Source: Flectonema sp. DT1601 (taxonomy: Eukaryota). From it: 64,000 nucleotides of DNA. The notes under the pieces are model-generated. The model had not been told where the DNA came from. It saw only the letters and a list, made by a program, of their open reading frames with translations, and ran no database searches. Position numbers and translations under genes: made by a program. Below are positions 21,501 to 36,500 of the stretch, one piece after another. The DNA lies in contig OZ025798.1 in the NCBI GenBank assembly GCA_964019425.1, positions 744,001 to 808,000 on the forward strand. Direction: 5' to 3'. How positions within the stretch are numbered: position 1 is the stretch's first letter; each line of letters begins with the position of its first letter.

Positions 21501-24500
21501 TGCTGATAAACTGCTTGATAATCTCGAAGAAACTCTTCGCCAACGTGATCTCACACCACTCAAAACTATTGAGCTTCTTCATGTTGAAGTACGCGAAAGA
21601 CTTGGCGCAGCATTGCAATACGCTGATGCTGCCACATCACCACTTTTAAGATCTCATTTCTTAAAGCACACTCAGGGGGGTATTTGTGTTGATAAATTCC
21701 CTGAGAAATTCAACGAAGTCCTCATAGCTACAACAAAACTCACGATGTCAACTACCTGCATTGACTGTGTCGCTAATCTTGATCCAGTAGAAGGCGGTTA
21801 TGCAGAAGGTCGTCGTGATGCCGAATCCAGACTACTAACTGCAATTGGTGTTTCACCCGATGTAATTGAAAGCTTACTAAAAGGAGCACTACCATTACGA
21901 TTAGCTGTTCATGGATTGCAAGCATTCAGAAGGTTGGCTACCAATCCTCCTTCTCAGGGATTAAAGTTTCATGAGAACTTCTTTGATGCTGATCAAGATC
22001 AAATCCTTCTGGATTTGGATGCTGACGCTGTTCCATTAGAAGATTGTTCATCGACATTAGCAAATCTGAGATCAGTTACTGCAGGATGCAGACCTCATGT
22101 TCTTAGATTAGTATCAGCTGTACTTCAATGTGGTGCTCTTGTTGACTTTATCAGACGTCATCCAGAAACTCAAGACACGGGGTTGGCGAATGTTTTAGCC
22201 AATGCAAGAGACAAACAACACGCTGATTTTCAAACATTTTTAGAAGCTTGCACATACATAAATCCATTCGTTGCGGCATCTGAGATTCACGCTCAAATGG
22301 TAAAGGAACAGGAAGAAGATCCAGAAGACACTTCAGTCATGCTTCGACCAGTTGTCTACTGCTCTGGATTCTTCACAGCACTTCAAGATGCATTTGCTGG
22401 TGAAGAAATTAGTAACATGGCTGTCCTTGAAGAAATGTTATTAACGACTTCTGAAAAAGATAAATTAGAAGCACTCGAACAGTTGGTAGCATCTAAGACA
22501 ACATCGACTGATGCATTAGTAGCTCAGTGTAATAAACTATTTAAGGCTTTTATTGATGTACAGCTTCCACCTACTGGTGCTCCCACTTTAACATGTATTC
22601 AGGTTGATAATACTGAGCTGTCACTTGCTCAGTACAAAGATGTTATATTTAGAGCTACGTTACAAAAGAATTCTGATCCGATTTTAGCAAGTTTCGTACA
22701 GCAAGCGAAGGAAGTATTACGAGCATTCTTGTCTTGTTGTTCGTTATTTGATGAGGGTCATTTGGAGTTTCGTGGTAGACATGTAAAGTTCGAACACGGG
22801 GAGGCAATGCAAATCCACAACCTTCTTCAATCAATTCGTGGTCAGTGGATAACTGGATCATTAACTAAAGGAAGAGACACAAATAAACCACAAGACTCTT
22901 TGTTAGCATCAGCAATAAGAACACAACCAATCCTTGGTACATTATCTTCTGCTGAACTAGTCCGTTTAGCATTACTATTGAGAAATGCAACACCAATATC
23001 TGAGACTCGCCAATCATCTGAATTAACATCATCAACGTTGCGTCCTTCTCGTTCAGTTGCACTCAGCACTGGTTCGAATTTGATAAAAAATGAATTGCTT
23101 ATGAGTGTTGTGGAATCTATGAAATCTGCTAAATTGACATTAATAAAAACACAACCAGAAGAGTTCACTCCTGAAGAAGCTGGTGAAAAAGAAACAATTT
23201 CATGGTACAGAAAACACAGCAGCATTGAGTTCAGTGAAGACAACTGCAGAGCTACTCGTAGAACTGATCAAGTAGGACATCCTCCGATGGCTGTTGGAGG
23301 GAAGTCAATTAGCGAAGGATCAGTTGATTGGGATATTGAGATATTAAGTGGACCATTAAGTTCATCAACTCAAATAGGAGTTTGTCATCCAGAAATAGAC
23401 GTCTCTGGAGGTACCGTCTCATACACAAAACGATGGGCTTTATCATCCAGAGGAAAACTATGGGGTGCTAACAACTCTATTGGAACAGTCAGTGGCTATG
23501 CAGTTGGAGATGTCATCACTATTCACGTTAACGCTGATGAAGGAACTGTTCACTTTAGTGTTAACGGTGAGCGTAAGAGTCTTGGAATCACAAATGTAAA
23601 ACTACCTGTCGCCCCTTGCGCTGTAATGCATGATCCAGGAATGTCTTGTCGAATTATGTTAGCTCCTACTACTAAAGAAAATGATAATAACATTACTATT
23701 TGTGGAAGTATGCATGCCAATGGTATCTATTCACCAACATGTGACACCTACATGAGAAGTGATGGAGCAGTGTTATGTCCTGCAGACGGAGGTTGGGCAG
23801 TTTACTCAGCTGCAACATCATCAGCGAAACTGTTGATTGCATCGGTGAAATCTCATCGAGGATTTACAATTCATCCTTCAAGAATTGGTGATTGGAGACA
23901 AACACGTGATTCACTTCTACACGAAGAACACACGGAATATGATACTCAAATATATGTTGGTAACACTGATCAGAATTCAGGTCGTACTAATACTGCTGGT
24001 GATGAATCTTGGAAGGCATCTGTCAAAGAAGCTGCTAAAGAAAAAAGTCACTCAATTGATCCAAAGGGTGTTGTTATATTATTTGATGAACAGGAACCGA
24101 TCGAAGACGAAAACGAGACTAAAGACATAACAACGACAGCGACAACAGCAGGTCAGGAAAACAATGATGAGACGAACAGTTTAGATTCTGAAGACTTCGG
24201 TTTTGATATTTTTGAAGACGAAGAAGGAAAACCTGTTGAACTCGGCTGTTCATTCACAGAAATTGACGACATGCTTCTCATTGATAAAGTAACAATCGGA
24301 TCCATTGCTTTTGATGCATCAGTTCTATCTGGTCATCGAGTTCTCGCAATCTTATTCGGACCAGAGGCAGGTCGTCGAGGATCCGCATCAACCCTCCGCG
24401 AACGTTTAAAACTTGCCTGTGCTTCCGCATCACAGTTCACAATAATAACTCAGTCTGCTGCTGTTTGGTCTCATTCATCAAGTGACTTAGTAACGAAACA

Positions 24501-27500
24501 CATTCAACAAATATCAAACCCATCACAATCATCATCAGCTGAATCTTTATTAAATAAATTAGTAAGTACCGTGTCAGGTAGAGTTGAACAAGAGAAAGTG
24601 AATACATTCTCAAGTGCCTTCTCACCATTGCCTGCTTCTGAATGGGAAATAAGATTAGTTGGTAACTTGTATGGCGCACGTGTTGGTGCGGCTTCTCAGC
24701 TGTTCTCAACAACAGAATCTGTGAACAGTGATACGAATAAAAGTAATTCAGTATGGCTACTCAGAGATGGTTCAATATATCACAATGACGTTACTATCCA
24801 ATCAACAAGTGGAGCATTACGATCTGGTGATGTTGTTAAGATTAGAGTCACTGTGTTATCTACTACAAAGACAACTATCGAATTCTACATAAATGGAAAG
24901 AAACTCAGAGATGGCATCAGCGGTAACTTTAATAAACTTTACCCAGTAGTATACCTTCCATCAAAAGGATCATCTGCGACTATCAGAAATGGTCTTTCTT
25001 TGTCTGAAGAAGCTGTTTCGATACCTCAACTTGAATGGACATCATTCTCACAACACATTGTAACTGTATCAGGTAGTAGTCAATCTGTTAGGAGAAGAAA
25101 TGACAGTGGATATGCTGCTGCTATTGGTGAAGAATTCAGTGCTGTTGATCATAAGTATGCTTTCGAGTTAGAGATCTCAAATACATGTGATAATTCACTC
25201 TTTGGTGTGATGAGTAAAGGTGTTAACCTTGAAAGGGTACTACCTGGGGGTTCTGATACATCAATATGGGGACTTGCTATCCGTTCTGATAACGGAGAGC
25301 TACACAGCGCATCGGGTAGTGTCGCAGATCCAACTGACGACTTAAAATTCGGAACGGGTGACAGAATAAAATTTGTGATCGATTTCAACACAAAATGCAT
25401 CGACATCTTTAAGAATGGTGTTCGAAAGTATTCTTCAAAAGATAACAACATCCTGATACCCGATGGTACAATACTAACACCATGGGCGTGTCTCGGTAAC
25501 AATGTCACTTGCACTATTCATTACGTTCCAATAAGTGGACCACCACCACCTCCACCACCTCCACAAACTGAAGAGAGTGATACTGACAGTAGTGACAGTG
25601 GTTTTGGATTGTTTGATGATGAAGATGATGACACTTCCTGTCCACCTCCTTTCAAAGTAGGAGACATCGTCTCGTTTAACAATCTAGTCGCACCAGGAAT
25701 GTTCTTTTCTCAATCTTGGAAACCAACATTAACAAATCTCATTGGTCAACAAGCTCGTATTACTCGTATTAAAGGAGCTATTACATCAGTGGTTGTTACA
25801 TCTGATAATACAAAATATCAGGTAAACCATGTTTGTCTTATTAAAGCTCCTAAAAAACAAGCGTCGACAACAGCTAAAGTAGAAGACTGCATTTACATTA
25901 GAAACAGCTTAGGAGGAATAGCAGATGGAGTTTACAAAAAATCAACTCCGATATACACCAGACAAGATCGAAGAACACAAATAATTCACTGGAATAATCG
26001 ATGGGTTGTTACTGATATGACTGATCGAGGTATTGTTTGGTGTGAGTCTAGTGAAGAACCTCTCGGGTCTCATGGAGTTCTCTGGACTGAAGCAAAACGA
26101 TCACCAATTGAGCCTCCTTTATTCATTCGTATTTCCGGATCAAGTGTTCCAGGATTATATCAACTACAAAGTAATAGACTTCACTTAGGTAGACCAATAT
26201 GGTTAAATCCAATGAATGGTTACGTTGTTTCTTGGAGTGAGAAATCTTGTTGGAACATTTCTCAAGAATCAAAAGTTATAAAATCAGTACCAGTCGCATT
26301 TGCACAATCACTTCACGAAGAAGGAACAGTCTGTTCCTTACCAACATCAGCAAAGTTATGGTGTGTTGGTGATGGTGATTCCATGATCATCGACCCTACA
26401 ATATCAGTAGTCCCAATCTACAGTGGTGAGACACTAGTAGAACATGAGGGTTCACATTATATGAAATCTGAGTGGGATTACATAATAAAATCGAAGAAGT
26501 CAACATCATCAGCATCACCACCAGAAAGGTTTGGTGAGATTATAAAAACTACTTCAGATGTTAATTTGTTAATTGATTTGAGAAAAGTAAATCAAATGGT
26601 GACTACTGAGACTGACCCAATGACAGATGAAGAACTCGCTGGTTGGCACATCGTTCATGGAAGTACCGGATCCTGTCCGAGAGGACCATCGCTGCGCTTT
26701 GCTCTTTCTGAAATAGCAGTTGATCAAAACAAGGAAATCATGTGGAAAAAATGGGCGAATGCAGCCTCAGCACAAAACGACGTAAAGAACGCATCGTTAG
26801 TGATATTGCAACGTATTGGAAAGTTTTTACAGCGATTGGAGGGATCTGCTGACAGTCGGAAAATAAATAATTTCGATGCGACTCAGCGACTGAACCGCTA
26901 CGGACCTATCTCTGAGAGAACTATCGAAGGTAATGTCGTTGACGTCTCTCGTTTGTCTGGACCGGATGCGAGAGCTTTTGGTCTATCGCTGTTCTCAAGG
27001 GATAGTTTACAGCCTCATTTTGTACTCGACTGTACTCAGTCAACACCGCCTGAAGATGTTCATAATTTTATAGTTCGCTATAAAGAATTGAGTGCTGGTA
27101 GACTTCTTGTTAACAACGTTCAAGTCCTACCTGCTGACACTCAAGCAGAAGTCCGACAGGCTGCAAGAGAAGTGAATACACACAAAGAACTAATAGCATT
27201 AATTACTGAAGGATCTGGTGTTGATGAATCTGTTGAACAAGTTGACTACAGATGTTGTGATATTCAGTGGAAGAGATGGGCACATGAAAGAGTCAGTAAA
27301 CTACGAAGATTTGACAGCGTGACGTATTTCAATCAAAAGTCAGGATCTGGTAAATCGTTCACAATTGAGAAGAAGATAATTGCACCTCACAGGGCTGCAA
27401 ATCCACATGCACCTGTTGTGATACTTGACCTCGACTCTACGTGTACATTACAAGGAGTCTGTGAGCAACTACTCTCACCACTGCGAGCAGATTGCGGTCT

Positions 27501-30500
27501 GATTGTTGTGAATGTCGCTCATGATTCTAATGTGAAGTTAGTAAATACAGTCCTTGACTCACTTGTCTTCTTTGGGAAAGTATCTTCCCCTTCTGGTAAA
27601 ACTGTAGTCATTCCTCGCAATGGATGGAACATGTCTGTTGAGGTTCAGGAATGTGATGATGTTAATATGAAAAACATTATAAATATTTTATCACTCGATG
27701 GGATTGCAATCCCTGGAGAAGTATTGCCATTCAGATTTAGTGAAATTGATAATTCTTTAGAAGCGTTGCAGTTCTTAGACAAACACACTGAAGGTTTGAA
27801 AGATGTCCCACCAGAAGAACAACTTCGAATGATATGTCGAGGAACACCACCACCTGATATTCGTCCAATGGGTCTCACTTGGGATGAAGACACGGCTGTT
27901 ACAAATGCTGTCACTGCAGAAGAATCACAAAAACGTGCTCAACTTGATGCCAAACCAGTTTCAGTCAGATCCATGGCAAGAGTCGCACGTTTATTAGCAA
28001 CACGATTTGTTAAGTTCGCCAGCACCTTCGCCTACAGCGATCATGAGGGTGTTGGTGTTCGTGAAGTTCGATCACTTGTTGCTGAAACAATGAGACACGC
28101 GGCTTATCAATACATCGATCCAACCATTCCTGATATGTTCCACTTAAGAGTTAGTGATGACCCAGTTCCAACTATGATGTTATTATCTGGAAAGGTACCT
28201 CAGCCGATTGAAAAAGCTCGTGACGCTGTTAGAGGAGCAATTCAAAATCACATGAGAGCCATCTATGGCGGAAATATACCTTATGGAGTAGCTTCTAATG
28301 TAGAACTTGTCGACTTGGAGCAAAAACCTCTTTACTCTCTTGTTGAAGTGTTGGCAACGGAGATGTCAGTCGCTGAAAAGGCAACGTCATCCCTGCTAAC
28401 AGAAAAGGGTTACGTATTGATTAGTGACTTTTTACAAAAAATGTTACAACTTTCTGAACATATTGAGCTTAACGACACTTCTATATTACAAGGACCTTCA
28501 GGAACTGGTAAAAGTTTTTGTGTATCTCTCCTCGCAGCTTTAGAACAGCTTTCTAAAAGACACGGATTTGAAGGATTATCAACTACGTTAGTGGAGTTCA
28601 TCAGATCACAAACAGTAAAAGAACTATTCCCTGAATCAATGTCTGATCAAGTTGGTGATGTTCCGAATGTACTTTGGAATGCTGTCAACAGAGAAGACTA
28701 TCAAAACGTCTTCGATGTCTTGGATGCGATTTCTGACAGACCTCCACAAGTAGCTGTACGAGCTCTGGACATCATTAGAAAAGCATTATTAGATCTCGTC
28801 GGGCCGATGTTGAGTGATCCACGTCTTCATCCTGAAGTCAGTCAAAAGATGTACGAAACCGACGACATGCTAACAGCATGCACCATCCTTCGCAGTGGTT
28901 GTGAGATATCCGAAAACGCATCCGAAGATGAATACATGATGAGCGTATTTCAATTAAAGAATGTCATAACAAACATCGTCCATGCTCTCTCTAGAATAGG
29001 ACGAGCCTACATGACCCAAACAGTTGTAGGTTGCGTTGAGGAATGTATAGAAAGAGAGGTCTATCCCGCAATTATAGACGATGAACGATTAATCACAATG
29101 ATTAAAAAGGAACACTTAACAACATCTTTATTAGAGTGGGCCAGAGATGTTCCTATTCGATGCGGTGAGAGGACCTTCGACGTCTTGAAATCGATAAAAC
29201 AATTCTGCAGAAGTCAACTGTCGTTAAATCGATTGCTTAAACCTTGTGCAGAACTTAAGAAATTCATTGAAACAAGTGATGAAGCGTTACAACCTAAAGC
29301 AGCACCTCAGAAATTGAGGAAAGGTAAACCAAGAAAAGTACAAAATAAACAACCAACCACAGAAATACCCAACATCGCTCAGGTAATAGAATGGATGTTG
29401 GCATGTACGAGGGCTGATAATTTCAAATCAGTTTTGATGAGTTACGATATGACTCCAGACGATCTATTTCAAGAAGTCAGACCGATCTTCGAAAATGCTT
29501 CAGAATGTCCATCTGTTCGTTTTATTGTATTCATTGATGAAATGAATGCGAGTGGGATGATGGGTCTACTCAAAAGACTTGTTGTTGACAGATCATGGTC
29601 TTTATGGGGTCAGTATAAGAATACTTCTGATAGTAAGATACCAACAAACATATCATTCGTATGTGCAGTGAACCCTCACAAGAAGGATGTATCTCTTGAA
29701 GGTGCGACAGTTGATAGCACAACTCACGTAGATCCGGAACAAAGAAATCAACCGAACGTTGATTCTGAATTAGGATTTGATGTTCAAGCGTTGCCAACTC
29801 CATGTAAAGATCATGTCATTCCGTGGAAACAGCTTAGTGATGATCAAAGAGATCTGTTTGTTGCAAGAAGACTTGGGAATAATAGAAGTCTGTTTTCATA
29901 CCATGTTCCCACTGGTCAGATTGATACACTCGCTGGTGTTATTCTAACAGCACATAAACATGTTCAACAACATTTGATTCAATCAAGATCAAGAAGTACA
30001 GTAAGTCAAAGAGATATTCATCGTACTATGAAGCTATTCGATTTCTTCTTTGATAGAAATCACGACTTTGTGACAGGTTCCGGACGACCACCAACTCAAG
30101 TATGGCACAGAGCATTGTCAGCAATGCTTGCGGCAGCCTCAATTGGATATTACTTCAGGTTGATTCCTTCACAAAGAATTCTTCTTGCTGAGGATATTAC
30201 ACAATATTTATTTACTGCTCAACGTCAACAAAATGCTGATGAAGCCCCAGAAAGTATGTTTCACATTCCTGAAGACTTCTCGTTCTCTCAATCAGTTCAA
30301 CGAGCAGTAGATTTATATTGTTGTTCAGATCACATGAAGTTACCTGAAGCAGTATTTCAACATCAGGGACTGATGGAGAATCTTTTCGCACAGTTGGTGT
30401 GTTTTCATTTACGATTAGGTGTCATCTTACACGGTGCTCCCGGAACATCAAAAACTCTATCAAACAACATCATTCGAGACAACATGACTGGAAGAGGTGA

Positions 30501-33500
30501 TTTCATGGACAAGTTTGCTCAAATATCTGAAGTATGTCGTTATCAGGGATCCTCACAATCTACAGCTGATGAAATCAAAAGAAAATGTACTGAAGCATTA
30601 GAAAGTCAGCAACGACATGATGCTGTCGGCAGACGTAACAAACGTTCATTGCTGTTCGTTGATGAAGCAGGTCTGGTTGGAAGTGGTGAAAAGGCACGTC
30701 AATGGGGACTAAAAGTATTACACTACTATCTTGAGGCAGGTCTTGCAGCAGTTCTAATGACAAACGATCCTCTCGATCCTGCTATCAGTAATCGATGTGT
30801 TGAAGTATATCTTTCGAAACCTTGCGAAGATGAATTAGCAGCAATTTGTTGTGGAATTCTTCATCCAAAAGGATCAAACGCCTTGAGTGACACCTCAAAA
30901 CAGATCATCCCAGCTTGCTGTAAAGCTTTTGGTTCCCTCATGGATGGTGGGTCTGGAGCAACAATCGCTGAAAGACGAACACCAGCAGAATTGAAATGGT
31001 GGTTCGGACTACGAGATTTATTTCATTTAATGAGATTCTTGAGAAGACAACAAACTGATTCGTTGGAAATAAAGATCACACCAGAGATGTTGATGAGGGG
31101 ACTCGAACGTAACTTCAACGGATTACCTGAACTCTTTGGTGTTGTTGTAGAAACTTTTGGAGATGCGATGAGTGTCGCAGGTCTCCCAGAATATGGAAAT
31201 AATTCCCTGAGAGGATTAGCACGTCGTAAACTAGAAGTTGTATCCGACAGTTTAAATGACAACAACAGAGCTTCAGAAGGAGCAGCTCGTAACCTAAACG
31301 ATATGTGGGTACGATTCAAACTACTGGTAGACACCACAGCTGATGGTACCCTTCTTGGGTTACTTCACAGTACTAAAGTTCATGATTTTAATGATGTACA
31401 AGTTCTATCTTTATCTGCATTATCAGAAGATGAATTGATGCCAGTCACAGTCGTAAGTCAAATAGCTGCAGCCATGGAAACAGGTAAGACTGTCTGGCTT
31501 ACCAACACCAGAGCTATTGATGGATGTCTGTTTGATGTGTTTAATCAGAATTATCAATGTTGTACAAATGGTAGAAATCAAGTTCTTCACTTTGTAGCTC
31601 TTGCTATTGGAGCAACTCTGGAATATAAAAGAGTTCATAAAAATTTCCAAGCGATTGTTCACGTGACCAGAGCAGAGCTGAGTCCTGACGTGTTACCATC
31701 ACCATTCCTAAATAGACTTGAAAAGTTTACAGTCGGCATTGAAGACATTTTAGAGCACACAACTCACAGACTTCCTGATCGTGAAAAGCGTCTTGCTGCT
31801 TGGGCTCGCGAGAAGTGTGGTCGTTTTATAAGATGCTTGAGTGTGACTGATAGATGTTTATTTAGTGCAAAACCGAGTGACACTCTCGACAGCGTCGTTC
31901 TCGAGTCTATCGCAAAAGGAAAGATTGAACTTCTACCACCAGACGCAAGAATAGCCGTCGATGAGTCACTGGCAACTTTCTTATGGGGAAACTCTAAAAG
32001 TAAAGAAGACACTGGAACCTTGTGGAGATCAAGAGCTCTTCGATTATTTAATTTAATGAGACCAGAGGGAATGTTCCTCGCTCAACGAGTATTGCAGAAA
32101 GCACCTGCTTATGTTAGATCTTACTTTGTATCATTATCACCTTGGAGTATAAGAAGTTATTGTAAACACTTAAAGAGCTTACACCATACAAGTTGGAAAA
32201 GAACTGTTGTTTACAGTCCTGATAATGTAGACTTTGCTGATGTTCTTCACTCAGAACCATACGTCAGACTTGTTTCTTTAGATGGAATGGCAAAGGCAGA
32301 AAGAGGTGCTGAAGATCTTCAGGAAGAAGTTTATCGTTTTGTTGAATCTGATAGTCTTTCTGTTTTTGTTGTATTGATAAACCCATCGTATATAGGATTA
32401 CCAATAGTTCGTGAGGTTCGTCACTTACTTGAAAACCCACCTGAAGACACCGTCCAGAGAGGTCGTAAAGCTGTGGTCTTACTGCAGTCATTCAGACCTA
32501 GCGAGTATTCGACATCTTGTACACCTCTATTCTCAACTGGTTGGGATCAAGAATATATTGATGCTTCAGCAGATGTTATTGGACTTGATATTCTGAGGTA
32601 CACAGACAGTTCTATTGTAGGAAAGAAAAGCATCGCCACCACCGCCACTTGGACTGCTATTGAAACAGTTCTTCCAGAAGCACTAGCAGATGTTGATGCG
32701 AGTCAAGTTAATGTACCTCCTCCTCCATTATTGGAAGGTGATAGGGCTGCTCCTCTTTATGATACGAGACAACCATTCTCTGATAGATTACAATTAGCGA
32801 AGGATTTACTTGATAAGTGTTCAGCTGTTAAAGCTGCTCTCGTATCACTTTACAACAGATACCTTCCAACACCAGAACAGTTAGTAGGAATGGCTCAAGA
32901 AGTTGCTGCAAGAGGAGATGAATCGAGTCACAGTCTAGCAGCTCTATTGAAAGCTGAAGAGAATAAGATTCCGTGTCACCTCGCTACTATCGCGCTACGA
33001 CTACTACTTGAAGACAGGAATGCATCAGCTCTACTCTCAGGAACAGTTTCAAAAGAAGTTGATAAGTTAATGGCTAGAGCACTCTGTCTTAGTATCGATG
33101 GAATGACCTTCGATCAATTATTAATGTTCAAAGCTCATGAATTACCACCTCTCGTTATTGGACCTTCTTCTCCAAGACTACCAGGATCATTAGCATTAGC
33201 TGAACAGTTGACTGTTGGAGGTACTGTTCAAAACACTTTGGAGGAGGCAAAACGACTTGCTATCCTACACGAGAACGGACCCGTAGGAGAGTTAATTAGA
33301 ATCATTCACAGAGATCAGAACTTAGTAACTGCTTTTTTTACAGACTGCTTACGCAGTCGTATCCGTCACTCTGACGTTGACGTTGAGCGTGCGGCGCTGG
33401 GACTTGTTCTGCAATTAGCGAGATGTAGATACGTTGAGATCTTTGGACAACATGAACCAGAGACTATTTGGTCAATAAGAGCAATGTGTGCTGTAGAGGC

Positions 33501-36500
33501 TACGTTAATTGATAACTTTGTACTTACTGTTTTACCTCTTGCAAGTACTGGTGTTCTAACACACGTTACGACTGAGGAATCTCAGTCATTAGTTCAAACA
33601 GAAGTTGATCCTCAACAGCTCTGTATGACACTACTCGTAAAGTCTTTGAGAAGTATGTCGACTGATGGTTTGATATTCGCAAAATGGCTTTCAGCGATTG
33701 CAAGTACTGCTCACACAGCATTTCATTCAAAACTATATTTCAAAGAATTGCACTGTTTGTCAATTACTGCTAAGGCATTCTCATTGTTGTCATCAACAGA
33801 TACTCCTAAGAATATTGATCATTGGATCCAGTTTGTTGATAAAAGTGTCGAACAGATCACAAACAATCCAGAGAGGAAGATGTACGTTGAAATCGACTCC
33901 TTAAAGGAAGCTGTTAATAACACTTCTTCAGACTTACAATGTGATTGGAGGGTAGCACTTCAATTGGCGGAAATCTATCAAAATAGTAGTGGAATATCTA
34001 CAAAAGAAGCAACCGAAATACTTTCATTGATTTTCGAAATTATTTCAAACAGCAGCAGCGATGAACAAACTGGTCTTACGAGAGGGATTGCTTGTCGGAT
34101 TTTATCAAACGTCATTTCAGATGATGCCCCTCATCACATTATTGAATTGGTATACAGTTTTTCATCGAAAATACATCCTGAAAAAATATCAGCAATCTCT
34201 TACAACCCACCTTCAAGTGTACAGCAATGCACACCCGTATTAAAGTCAATGTTGTACACATCCGTGTATGATGTGTCTTTCAGTAGGTTTGATACTTTAA
34301 TATTCACACAGATCGTAGAAAAGTGTTTGAATTTAAAAAAACTGATCTCAGAATTGCCATCAACCGACACAGCTACTAAACTTTATCACACTGTATGTCT
34401 GTGTGCTTCTCAGAGAACATTTATAAAGATGCTTGCTAGGTTATTTGCGTCTGCGGAACAGTCTGGTGGTCAGCTGTCAATTCCAATGTGTGAACAGGTA
34501 ACACTGTTAGCACATGAGTTGTTAGATCAAGTTGGTTGGAAATTTCCTGGACTGCAACAAGACTTTACAGAAAACCTTAAAAGTGAAGTACTTGACAACG
34601 TTAACACTTTCTTATCTGAAGTTGGTAAGCAAATGGGAACTAAAGGACTTCTTCATCTTCTGAATGATGAGGCATCGAGTAAGAAATCCACCATCTCACG
34701 TATCTGTGGACATGTATTGGAATATTATTGTAAGAATTCTGATCCGTTAGAAACACGTCCTGGAGACCTTCCATTTGTGTACACAGCAGAGGATCCTCTT
34801 CATAATTTATTTTTAGATATAAAAACTGCTTTATGTAAGAGTCACGAAACCCATCAAATCAAGAGACTGGTTGACTTGATAAGAGATTCAAAACAAACTG
34901 TTCATATCTATGAGCTTAGATTGGTTGTGTTTTTTACTTTTGCAAGAGAGTTCTTAGGAGCTCGTGAATGTCATTCTCGCGCATCTGACATCGTGAAGTC
35001 TGATATCGTTATGATACTTCAGTTGTCTGAAAGACAACAACATCTGCTTCACGTGTTCTTAGATCCAGTGAAGATAACAGCGAATCTACCACAACCTGTT
35101 GGGCTCTGTGATGAAAAGGGACCAATCCGCAAAGGTTTTAAAGATTGCTGGACAGAAATAATGGTAACTATCATGTCAGCAGCGGCAGCAGTTCCAGACA
35201 CGATGTTAGGTACCTTCGCTCTATCTGTTGATGATGTTCATGGTACTTATATTGTTGGTGACAGAACTCGTTCTCCTGTACAGTCAGGTGGTGATTATAA
35301 GTTTGACTGTGTGACTCAAATTGATTTAGAAGGTCAACTTGCTTCATATGTCGATCAGTCAACAATGAAATTAGGAACTTCGTACCTGCTCTGGGCAATT
35401 CAATTTGGAGCTTTAGCATGGCAAGCAGCACTCTGGCCAGCTACTCATGTTATTATGTGGACTGAAATGTTTTCTTCAGATTTAACGAGAAGAGTTCATG
35501 GATTCCAACAGGAGCTTTCAGATCATCAATTACTGGTTGCGAATATGACTGAGAGATCACAAACATATTTAACACACTTGGGAATGAATGTTTCTCTGAC
35601 GGTTGATGAAGCCAGTCGTTTAGTAAGCAACTTCTGCTATCACATCACAAGAGATGCTGTCGCTGATGATAAACTTCATAAACAACGTGAAGAAGCTGCC
35701 AGAGCTGCAGCAGCAGGACAAGAACCTGAAGCCACACCACCACCTTCAAATACGTTTACCGGATCATATCTCAGCCAGCGATTTAATTACAAAAAGATAC
35801 CGCAACCTAACCCAACACTGAATCAACCATCTACTGACGCTAAGAATCCTCTTTTACAACACACGTTTGCCTCTAGTGACGAAGCTATTGCTGGAGAAAG
35901 ACACATGGAAGCTTGGTATAATGTATTAACTGCTGGTTGTAAACCTAGATTACAACCACCAAATATTAATCTTTGTAAAACTACTGTTGCGATGACTCAG
36001 TGGGCACATGATAGAGAGCCAAGTGATTTACCAACGTATCAGGATGTGTTGTCGACGTTTAGATCGAGTTCTCCTGATGTCGCGCCATTGTTGGCGATGG
36101 CTCTGAATGAGAATAGGAGGTTAGCGATATTGCCGTGTTTGGTAAAATGTATTGTCACTGTTACTTCAAGGCTTCATACTGGATTGTCAGGGAAGATTCC
36201 AATTTCTGAAGCACGAAGACCTGTCAAAGAAATGCTTAGAACTTGTTACCCAGTAAACCAATCAGAAGTAGCTGATGAGCAGTGGAAAGCACTTCGAACT
36301 AACTGGAGCAGATATGTCAAAGAAGTAGGTCCTATTGGATATCAGTGTGGTGAGAGAGGTGTCATTACTTTTGAGATTGAAGAGAACGCTCCGTTAAATA
36401 TGATGTTGTCCTTACCTGAAGTTGATTGCCCTCTTCCTCTTCATCAAAACATCATTGCGAATGCCCTGTCATCACTAACAAGAATATACAATGATTGTCA

